Shown here: piece after piece, positions 1 through 5,476 of the stretch
Numbering within the stretch: position 1 is the first letter of the stretch
Layout: each line of letters begins with the position of its first letter
Origin: a virus
IMG/VR virus record: IMGVR_UViG_3300022758_000173
Span: 1-6,085 of that record
Strand: one strand, 5' to 3'
Length of the DNA stretch: 6,085 bases
Translations under genes and position numbers: made by a program
Notes under the pieces: generated by a model
The model's database searches: none
What the model was told of the DNA's origin: nothing
The model's input: only the letters and a program-made list of their open reading frames with translations

Positions 1-127
1 AAAAACTATCAACTATATTACAAAATACATGTTAAAAATCGACGAAAAGCACCCAAAATTCAGAGGAAAGGTGCTTTGTTCGGCAGGAATAGGATCAGGC
101 TACCTCAAGCGAGAGGACGCCAAAAAA
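1..127. repeat. Terminal direct repeat, copy 1. This is the redundancy expected when a circular genome is assembled past its start.
   Basis: Bases 1-127 match 5959-6085 base for base by eye, at an offset of 5958 nt (a multiple of 3). The repeat is limited by the window at both ends and lies inside the Rep reading frame. Confidence 0.96.
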
Positions 128-559
128 CATGTATATATACCAGGCAAAACAAATGAATCATACCGAATGAGAAACGGAGGAAAACTCAACCTACCTATCT
201 ATTACAGAAACAAAATATTTACAGAAGAAGAACGTGAAAAATTATTCCTAGACAAAATTGAAAAAGGGATAGTATACGTACTAGGCATCAAAATAGACCT
301 AAAGACCGAAGAATCAAGATATATAGGGGTACTCGTAAGCGAACGAGAACGATGTGAAAGAATATATTACGACAATCCAAAGGATTGGGAAGAAAGAAAA
401 TATCTCAACAGACTCAAAAAACAAAGACAATGGATAGAATCTAAAGCGACTAAGATCGCCGAGAAGGAAAGGAAAAAAGAAGAAAGAAGTGAAAAACGAC
501 TAAATAACGACATTGATTTATTCGCCAATATATATTACAACAACCATTCCTATACATAA
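2..559 (+). CDS. VP4: Replication initiation protein (HUH rolling-circle Rep, VP4/gpA-like), C-terminal part. It is the same gene as 5477..6085, continued across the circular junction.
   Basis: The frame is open from base 2 and is the frame of 5477.. shifted by 5958. TAT ATT ACA AAA TAC at 14-28 encodes YITKY, the two-tyrosine motif 3 as in phiX174 gpA. The stop is TAA at 557-559. The track ORF 29..559 begins at an internal Met (about residue 171). Confidence 0.93.
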   Translation, partial: KTINYITKYMLKIDEKHPKFRGKVLCSAGIGSGYLKREDAKKHVYIPGKTNESYRMRNGGKLNLPIYYRNKIFTEEEREKLFLDKIEKGIVYVLGIKIDLKTEESRYIGVLVSERERCERIYYDNPKDWEERKYLNRLKKQRQWIESKATKIAEKERKKEERSEKRLNNDIDLFANIYYNNHSYT

Positions 560-618
560 GCTGCGCTACAGCACAGCCAGCGGCGCGACTGCGTTTTAAT
601 CAAACTACTTTGTATTTA

Positions 619-647
619 ACACCTCAAGGCCGGGCGGCCAAGGGTGT
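619..647 (+). repeat. Hairpin / inverted repeat
   Basis: ACACC(T) at 619-624 pairs with (G)GGTGT at 642-647. The inner stem pairs GGCC at 628-631 with GGCC at 636-639 around loop GGGC. A small internal loop separates the two stems. Confidence 0.7.
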
Positions 648-713
648 ATAACAGGAGGGCGAGGTATGCCTTAATCCGGGAGAAAACTACCTTAAGACCA
701 GGATAAGGAGTGA

Positions 714-743
714 CGTGCACCCGACCAAAGGTCGTGGTGTGCG
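714..743 (+). repeat. Long hairpin of 13 pairs with one bulge
   Basis: CGTGCACC CGACC at 714-726 pairs with GGTCG (T) GGTGTGCG at 730-743. The loop is AAA, T735 is a single bulge, and two of the pairs are G.T wobbles. Confidence 0.75.
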
Positions 744-774
744 GCTTCGCCGATATCAAGGTGCTAGTCGCTAA

Positions 775-793
775 GGAGGGCTATGCGCCCTCT
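775..793 (+). repeat. Hairpin. It is the second copy of the AGGAGGGC...TATGC unit.
   Basis: GGAGGGC at 775-781 pairs with GCCCTCT at 787-793 (7 pairs, one a G.T wobble) around loop TATGC. A related unit, AGGAGGGC at 653-660 with TATGC at 665-669, forms a weaker hairpin at 656-672. Confidence 0.7.
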
Positions 794-880
794 GTTACTC
801 CATCACCGTTCAAACGCCACGGAGGCTTAAAAATACTACTGCTAATTAAAGTTAAAAACAAAAGATAAATAACAGAAAAT

Positions 881-911
881 TTTGCAAAATCAAAAAAAAC
901 ACGCATATTTG
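881..911 (+). promoter_or_regulatory. Candidate Bacteroidetes-type promoter (-33 TTTG / -7 TAnnTTTG)
   Basis: TTTG lies at 881-884 and cATATTTG at 904-911 (one mismatch to TAnnTTTG), with a 19-nt spacer. It sits about 30 nt upstream of the first small ORF, in an A/T-rich leader. Confidence 0.3.
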
Positions 912-939
912 TAGTGTAATAAAAAACAAGGAGGTAAAT

Positions 940-1086
940 ATGTTAATAACAAGAACAAAAGTACGCGGATTTAAAGCGGTAACCATCAAAGATATACCGA
1001 CACGTATCGCAACAAGACACTACTTCGCATATCAAGAAGTAGAAGGAAGAGAAATAAAATTAATAATAACAAAAAAAACTTTTTAA
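940..1086 (+). CDS. Small basic hypothetical protein (48 aa). A J/VP8-like DNA-binding role is only a guess.
   Basis: ATG at 940 follows AAGGAGGT at 928-935. My hand translation is MLITRTKVRGFKAVTIKDIPTRIATRHYFAYQEVEGREIKLIITKKTF, with TAA at 1084-1086. It has 11 K/R against 4 D/E. It is absent from the track, which lists no ORF shorter than 60 aa. Confidence 0.4.
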   Translation: MLITRTKVRGFKAVTIKDIPTRIATRHYFAYQEVEGREIKLIITKKTF

Positions 1087-1088
1087 TT

Positions 1089-1289
1089 ATGGCAGCAACA
1101 AAATTTACAGCAATCTACGTAAACAATGAAGGCAAAATTATCGAAAGAGAAATTCCAGGTATGAACACGTATAAAATAGCGGAAAAATTCGCCAAAATGC
1201 TAAACGACCCGGAAGAAACCAAACTAGTATGTGTAGTAGAATCGTGGAAATTATATCCTAAAGAAAATGAAAAAACCGAAAAGAATTAG
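1089..1289 (+). CDS. Hypothetical protein (66 aa)
   Basis: This track ORF starts 2 nt after the previous stop, which is tight microvirus-style packing. I recognise no motif. Confidence 0.4.
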   Translation: MAATKFTAIYVNNEGKIIEREIPGMNTYKIAEKFAKMLNDPEETKLVCVVESWKLYPKENEKTEKN

Positions 1290-1644
1290 AAAATATACAG
1301 TAAACGGATATATTTTCGATACATTTCAAGAGTTAAAGAAATATATATATTTTCATATATCTTCAAAACAAAAGAAAATAGGTTACGAACTAGATGAAGA
1401 TGTTATTACAAAAAAATACATCTTCACAAAACAAGAAAGGAGGTTATTATGTAAAAAAACTTATGACAAAGATTTAGAAGATTTAAAAAAATGGGAAAAA
1501 AAACAATTAAAACTATTTTATCATGAAAATCAACGGGACTCAATGGGTAGAAATTATCCGAGCTATTTCGACCGCAATAATTGCGATAATTACAACTCTT
1601 TGCGTGCAAAGCTGCACAATGAGTTTAAGCGTAGCCAAGAATAA
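1267..1644 (+). CDS. Hypothetical lysine/arginine-rich protein (125 aa)
   Basis: This track ORF overlaps the upstream ORF by 23 nt. It has a basic N-terminus (MKKPKRIRKY) and no recognised motif. Confidence 0.45.
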   Translation: MKKPKRIRKYTVNGYIFDTFQELKKYIYFHISSKQKKIGYELDEDVITKKYIFTKQERRLLCKKTYDKDLEDLKKWEKKQLKLFYHENQRDSMGRNYPSYFDRNNCDNYNSLRAKLHNEFKRSQE

Positions 1645-1729
1645 TAACAACGCTTCGCAAAAAACCGAACAAACGTCTACTAGTTCAATAGACTCAACAA
1701 AAATAAATATTAATCCTAAAAACTATTAA
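1523..1729 (+). CDS. Small predicted membrane or lipoprotein-like protein (68 aa), overprinted on the 3' end of 1267..1644
   Basis: This track ORF has an N-terminal hydrophobic helix (WVEIIRAISTAIIAIITTLCV) followed by VQSC, a weak lipobox-like cysteine, and then a polar N/S/T-rich tail. It lies in the +1 frame relative to the overlapped ORF. Confidence 0.4.
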   Translation: MKINGTQWVEIIRAISTAIIAIITTLCVQSCTMSLSVAKNNNNASQKTEQTSTSSIDSTKININPKNY

Positions 1730-1734
1730 AAAAA

Positions 1735-2004
1735 ATGGAACAAGAATTTAATGACATGAGAGATGTATTCAAAGTGTTACCAACAACACAAGAAGAAAAA
1801 GAATACATGATTGTAATTGGAAATCATTTGGCAACAACAGAAAAATTTCCAACACGTGAAGCAGCAGAAGAGAAAATCAACTCTGTAGACTGGAATCTAG
1901 TTGCAGCGATGATATATGCTTGCAAAGAAGCGGACGAATACGAAAAAAAATTAAAACACTCCGCAAAAAAAGCTACAAAAAAAATTACTAACAACAATAA
2001 ATAA
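1735..2004 (+). CDS. Hypothetical protein (89 aa) immediately upstream of the capsid gene
   Basis: This is a track ORF. The segment YMIVIGNHLATTEKFPTREAAEEKINSVDWNLVAAMI resembles small ORFs I recall upstream of VP1 in gut microviruses. That recollection is unverified. Confidence 0.5.
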   Translation: MEQEFNDMRDVFKVLPTTQEEKEYMIVIGNHLATTEKFPTREAAEEKINSVDWNLVAAMIYACKEADEYEKKLKHSAKKATKKITNNNK

Positions 2005-2012
2005 AAAAAACC

Positions 2013-3947
2013 ATGGGAATACAAAGAAATATTGGTAAAAATACCATAGGAGACAATAATAAAATGTCCGTTAGTCTACATGATTACAACATGTCGACAC
2101 ACGATTTATCAACAATCGTAAGAAACACACAGAGCCCGGGAACACTAGTTCCAAACCTATGCATAGTAGGGCAAAAAGGGGATACATTCGATATCGACAT
2201 TGATTCAAACGTACTTACACATCCAACAACAGGACCTTTATTCGGTTCATTCAAACTAGAACATCACATATATACAGGACCGGTAAGACTGTATAATAGT
2301 TGGTTACACAATAACCGGACAAAAATTGGACTGAACATGGAGCAAGTAAAATTGCCACAAATAAAAGTAACTATAAAAACGTTACAGGATACTCCTTCAA
2401 ATGATGAAAAACAATGGATACAAGTAAATCCAAGTTGCCTACTAGCTTATCTAGGTATCAGAGGATACGCTAATACACCCAAGAGTGGAGAAGGAGTAAT
2501 AAATAAAAACGCGCTACCTATATTAACATATTTTGATATATTCAAAAATTACTACGCAAACACACAAGAAGAGAATTTCTATATGATTGGAACATCTCCA
2601 AAAATAACAGCGGTAGTAAATAACAATCCAATTCCAGATACTGATAATATACCGCTAAACCTAGGAGGAATAACAAACGGAAAAACAATCACAATAACTC
2701 CAATTACAATAACCGAAAAAGAGTTATTATTAAGGGTTAAAACATCAACAAACGCAAGAGAGCAAGTGATGACCCCATCACAATTAGGAAACTTTAGTTC
2801 ACAAATAGACGAAGTAGAAATTGCGATAACAAAAATACCATCAGGGCAAACATGGTATGTGACAGCAATATATTCAACAAAAAGAACATCTCTAGAAAAA
2901 TATCCGCTAGAAAATCTAGACACAATCAGAGATAAAATACTAATGACACCGGGAGATACAGTATTTGACATATCAAACGAAAACATGAGTGTTGCACCAT
3001 TAAAAAACTTTGCGAAGAGAAGCGCGCAAGGTGATCTAAACACATCCTTTACACAATACGGACTATGTCTAAAAACATACAACAGCGATGTATACCAAAA
3101 TTGGATTAACACCGAATGGATAGAAGGCACAACCGGAATCAACGAAGCAAGTGCGGTGGATGTAACAGACGGCAAACTATCCATGGACGCACTAAATTTA
3201 GCTCAAAAAGTATATAATTTCCTAAATAGAATTGCAGTAAGCGGAGGTACATATAGAGATTGGCTGGAAACAGTATACACGGGCGGAAACTACATGGAAA
3301 GATGCGAAACGCCAATGTTTGAAGGAGGTGTAAGCCAAGAAATCGTATTTCAAGAAGTAATAAGCAACAGCGCAAGCCAAGACGAACCACTAGGAACACT
3401 AGCAGGAAGAGGTGTGACAACGGGAAGACAAAAGGGCGGACACATTCGAATCAAGGTAACAGAACCATGCTATATAATGTGTATATGCTCAATCACACCA
3501 CGCATCGACTACGGACAGGGCAACACATGGGATACATATCTAGAAACCATGAATGATTGGCACAAACCAGCACTCGATGGAATCGGGTACCAAGACTCAT
3601 TAAACGGTGAAAGAGCATGGTGGACGGACTACATTGCATCCAACGGAGCAAAATTAACAAAAACAGCAGTCGGAAAGTCTGTGGCATGGATAAATTACAT
3701 GACAAATGTAAACAGAACATTCGGAAACTTTGCACCAGAAATGCCAGAAAGCTTCATGGTACTTAACCGAAATTATTCAATGAACGGACAGGGACAAATA
3801 GAGGACTTAACAACCTATATCGACCCAGTAAAATTCAATTATATATTTGCTGACACAAATCTAGACGCTATGAATTTTTGGGTACAAACAAAATTTGACA
3901 TCAAAGTAAGACGTCTAATCAGTGCAAAACAAATTCCTAACCTATAA
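2013..3947 (+). CDS. VP1: Major capsid protein (Microviridae VP1 / F-like), 644 aa
   Basis: This is the longest ORF. The N-terminal STHDLS...RNTQSPGTLVP...GDTFDID...HPTTGPLFGS and the C-terminal ...WVQTKFDIKVRRL... are patterns I recognise from Gokushovirinae/Alpavirinae VP1. The size fits Alpavirinae-like capsids. Confidence 0.93.
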   Translation: MGIQRNIGKNTIGDNNKMSVSLHDYNMSTHDLSTIVRNTQSPGTLVPNLCIVGQKGDTFDIDIDSNVLTHPTTGPLFGSFKLEHHIYTGPVRLYNSWLHNNRTKIGLNMEQVKLPQIKVTIKTLQDTPSNDEKQWIQVNPSCLLAYLGIRGYANTPKSGEGVINKNALPILTYFDIFKNYYANTQEENFYMIGTSPKITAVVNNNPIPDTDNIPLNLGGITNGKTITITPITITEKELLLRVKTSTNAREQVMTPSQLGNFSSQIDEVEIAITKIPSGQTWYVTAIYSTKRTSLEKYPLENLDTIRDKILMTPGDTVFDISNENMSVAPLKNFAKRSAQGDLNTSFTQYGLCLKTYNSDVYQNWINTEWIEGTTGINEASAVDVTDGKLSMDALNLAQKVYNFLNRIAVSGGTYRDWLETVYTGGNYMERCETPMFEGGVSQEIVFQEVISNSASQDEPLGTLAGRGVTTGRQKGGHIRIKVTEPCYIMCICSITPRIDYGQGNTWDTYLETMNDWHKPALDGIGYQDSLNGERAWWTDYIASNGAKLTKTAVGKSVAWINYMTNVNRTFGNFAPEMPESFMVLNRNYSMNGQGQIEDLTTYIDPVKFNYIFADTNLDAMNFWVQTKFDIKVRRLISAKQIPNL

Positions 3948-3960
3948 AAATTATAACATT

Positions 3961-4277
3961 ATGAATATTCAAAACCAACAAAAAACAACGGAAGACTAGA
4001 ACCTGTAGAAATATATGAAGGTGAAAGTATTGAAACAAAATGCGCAAGAGTACTAGAAAACGGGGAACCAATCACAGACACCGCACCAATAATCTATACA
4101 GCAAAAGAAGATGGAGTACTGCCAGCATACAATATCCGAACAGACAGGTTTGATATTGCAATGAACGCATACGACAAAATGACAAGAAATTCGGCAAAAA
4201 AGGAAATAGCACCTAAGCCGGAAGATTTCGGGAATGTACCTAATAAAACAGACGGAGGGTCACCAAGTGAAAACTAA
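3961..4277 (+). CDS. Small microvirus protein of unknown function, with a disrupted frame. The ATG at 3961 is in frame 1 and the protein-like body at 3957-4277 is in frame 3.
   Basis: My hand translation of frame 3 is ...RLEPVEIYEGESIETKCARVLENGEPITDTAPIIYTAKEDGVLPAYNIRTDRFDIAMNAYDKMTRNSAKKE...SEN, with TAA at 4275-4277. The frame has no ATG, GTG or TTG near its 5' end. The ATG-led frame stops at TAG 3997-3999. An A6 run at 3980-3985 lies in the overlap. I recall the (I)YT..K.DGV.P.YNIRTDR(F/W).IA motif from gut microvirus hypothetical proteins, unverified. Confidence 0.6.
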
Positions 4278-4281
4278 ACTG

Positions 4282-4301
4282 TTTGAAAAGGTATTTTCAA
4301 A
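4282..4301 (+). repeat. Perfect 8-bp hairpin (TTTGAAAA / TTTTCAAA, loop GGTA)
   Basis: Base pairing of 4282-4289 with 4294-4301 was checked by hand. Confidence 0.8.
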
Positions 4302-4304
4302 GCC

Positions 4305-4377
4305 TTGTAGGTAACAAGCACTCCGGAGTATTATCCGGTTTAATTACCGGATAATACACGAAAGTACGCACCTACAA
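4305..4377 (+). repeat. Nested stem-loop. An outer 8-bp stem encloses a 10-bp palindrome and a perfect 12-bp hairpin with an A/T loop.
   Basis: TTGTAGGT at 4305-4312 pairs with ACCTACAA at 4370-4377. ACTCCGGAGT at 4320-4329 is a perfect palindrome. GTATTATCCGGT at 4328-4339 pairs with ACCGGATAATAC at 4346-4357 around loop TTAATT. Confidence 0.8.
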
Positions 4378-4401
4378 TTTAATATCAAGTAATATGAATA
4401 T

Positions 4402-4420
4402 CGCTTTGAACATCAAAGCG
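4402..4420 (+). repeat. Perfect 8-bp hairpin (CGCTTTGA / TCAAAGCG, loop ACA)
   Basis: Pairing of 4402-4409 with 4413-4420 was checked by hand. It shares the TTTGA / TCAAA core with the hairpin at 4282-4301. Confidence 0.8.
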
Positions 4421-4437
4421 CGAAAATGTAAATAATT

Positions 4438-5328
4438 ATGATAGGAGAAATAATGGGAATAGGAGGAGCTCTAATGGGAGTACTCAATGCAAACAGTGCA
4501 AGTAACCAAAGCTGGCAAAGACAACACCAGCTAATGGAAATACAAGCTGAATTGAACAGAAAAAACGCCAAGTTCAATACAGCGCAAGCGAAAGAAATGT
4601 GGAATTACACCAACTTTGAAAACCAAATGAAACACATAAAAGAAGCAGGACTAAGTCCAGGGCTAATTTATGGAATGGGAGGACAAGGAGGTTCAACGCA
4701 AGGAGCAGGAGCAGCAAACGGAGTAGGACTACCTCAAGATCAATCCGTAGGAATGGGTCTAAGAGCACAAGAAATCGGAGTAGAAATGGCAAATGCGCTA
4801 AGCCAAATCAAACTTAACGAAAGCCAAGCCAATAAAAACGAAGCCGAAGCGAATAAAATCAAAGGCGTAGATACAGAAGCACAACAAGCTACCATTGACA
4901 ATCTGATAGCGCAGACCTCAAACGAAAAAATAAAGCGAGGGCTCATATTAGGACAAATCAGAGTAGCAGACGCCGAAGAAGAACTCAAAAGAAATACCGC
5001 AGATTGGACGAAAGAAAAAATTGAAGAAACACGCTGGAACATCAAAAGCTTACAAAAGGGAATTGATAAACTAACAGCGGAAATTGACGGAGTAGAACTC
5101 GATAACGACCTCAAAAAAAGAACAATCGACAACAAAGCCAAAGAAAGCGCTCTAACGCTTCAAAATCTAATGGCTGAAATATTACTTAAAGGAAGTCAAC
5201 AAAAAGTCAATGAAGAGCAAGCAAAAGCAATTCCGGCACAAATTCTACAAGGATGGGAAGAACTTACCAAAAAGGAAAAGCACTCATCATCCAAAGAGAA
5301 CAAATGGAAGCCTATGTACAAGACGTAA
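4438..5328 (+). CDS. VP2: Minor capsid / DNA pilot protein (VP2, H-like). It probably continues into 5274..5474 after a -1 frame change.
   Basis: The ORF has a Gly-rich hydrophobic N-terminus (IGGALMGVLNANSAS). The segment ...MWNYTNFENQMKHIKEAGLSPGLIYGMGGQGG is a pattern I recognise from microvirus VP2. A long charged segment that looks like coiled coil follows. An alternative start is ATG 4453, preceded by AGGAG at 4443-4447. Confidence 0.85.
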   Translation: MIGEIMGIGGALMGVLNANSASNQSWQRQHQLMEIQAELNRKNAKFNTAQAKEMWNYTNFENQMKHIKEAGLSPGLIYGMGGQGGSTQGAGAANGVGLPQDQSVGMGLRAQEIGVEMANALSQIKLNESQANKNEAEANKIKGVDTEAQQATIDNLIAQTSNEKIKRGLILGQIRVADAEEELKRNTADWTKEKIEETRWNIKSLQKGIDKLTAEIDGVELDNDLKKRTIDNKAKESALTLQNLMAEILLKGSQQKVNEEQAKAIPAQILQGWEELTKKEKHSSSKENKWKPMYKT

Positions 5329-5474
5329 TAAACAGATACGAACTAGGCAAAAAAGGTCTGGATATTGAAGAGCAAAAGCTCATCAAAGACATTATATTTG
5401 GAATGCTAGAAATAGCTTCAAAAGGAGCAGGAGCAGCACTAGGAGCAAAAGTAGGTAAAACAGGTTTTCAATAA
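5253..5474 (+). CDS. Either the C-terminal extension of VP2 reached by a -1 shift, or an independent 73-aa overlapping ORF
   Basis: The frame-3 ORF overlaps the VP2 end by 76 nt. It stops at TAA 5472-5474, 2 nt before the Rep ATG. Its charged helical sequence and Gly/Ala-rich tail (KGAGAALGAKVGKTGFQ) read like a continuation of VP2. C AAA AAG lies at 5268-5274 within the overlap. Confidence 0.5.
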   Translation: MGRTYQKGKALIIQREQMEAYVQDVINRYELGKKGLDIEEQKLIKDIIFGMLEIASKGAGAALGAKVGKTGFQ

Positions 5475-5476
5475 TT

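Larger units (their letters stand above)
560..830 (+). other. GC-rich, hairpin-dense non-coding island. Candidates are a complementary-strand origin or primosome site of the ssDNA, or a structured ncRNA.
   Basis: The supplied track lists no ORF in this region on either strand (ORFs under about 60 aa would not appear). My hand count gives 147 G+C in 270 nt (about 54%), against a visibly AT-rich remainder. There are several stable local hairpins (619-647, 653-672, 714-743, 775-793). A possible closing helix pairs GCGACT at 585-590 with AGTCGC at 766-771. Confidence 0.6.

Noticed and set aside
29-559. Track ORF of 176 aa presented as a stand-alone gene
   Set aside because: The frame is open upstream to base 2 and is continuous with 5477..6085 across the circular junction. 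Its Met is an internal residue of Rep, directly after the YITKY catalytic motif.
584-597. Possible intrinsic terminator after Rep (a short GC stem followed by TTTT at 594-597)
   Set aside because: The best stem I could draw is only 3-4 bp, which is too weak to call.
600-625. dif-like XerC/D site (reverse strand GGTGTTAAATACAAAG...) that could serve as attP
   Set aside because: Only short fragments (GGTG, TTAAAT) resemble the E. coli dif consensus, and the arm and spacer architecture is not reproduced. It would need comparison with Bacteroidales dif sites.
676-683. CCGGGAGA, reminiscent of the 3' conserved block of guanidine-I (ykkC) riboswitches
   Set aside because: Only an 8-mer matches. 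The other conserved ykkC blocks and helices are not present around it.
714-743. Resemblance of the bulged hairpin to group II intron domain V (lower stem, 3'-side bulge, 5-bp upper stem)
   Set aside because: The loop is AAA rather than GNRA, and the bulge is 1 nt rather than 2. There is no AGC/CGC triad in the right place and no intron-encoded protein. The flanking 270 nt are too short for domains I-VI.
654-933. Apparent enrichment of GGAGG (654-658, 775-779, 821-825, 929-933) as a possible anti-SD-binding element
   Set aside because: GGAGG also occurs repeatedly inside coding regions throughout this purine-rich + strand, for example in VP1 and VP2. The enrichment is therefore not clearly specific to the island.
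1424-2024. Minus-strand ORFs 1424..1609 and 1824..2024
   Set aside because: They are antisense to + strand ORFs. Their low-complexity L/F/S/I-rich translations are what the antisense of A-rich coding sequence produces. They have no recognisable motifs, and every supported gene is on the + strand.
2579-3735. Minus-strand ORFs inside VP1 (2579..3184, 3139..3420, 3493..3735)
   Set aside because: They lie antisense within a confidently identified capsid gene, and the translations are hydrophobic, low-complexity and non-protein-like.
3945-3999. Stop-codon reassignment or readthrough (TAA TAA after VP1, TAG in the ATG-led frame) as the explanation for the start-less ORF
   Set aside because: VP1, VP2, Rep and the small ORFs all read as intact genes under the standard code and mostly terminate at TAA. 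Reading TAG as sense in frame 1 does not yield the protein-like sequence. Double TAA readthrough is implausible.
4574-5141. Minus-strand ORFs inside VP2 (4574..4792, 4740..5141)
   Set aside because: They are antisense to VP2. Their Leu/Ser-rich repetitive translations mirror the K/E/A-rich sense strand and are most likely spurious.
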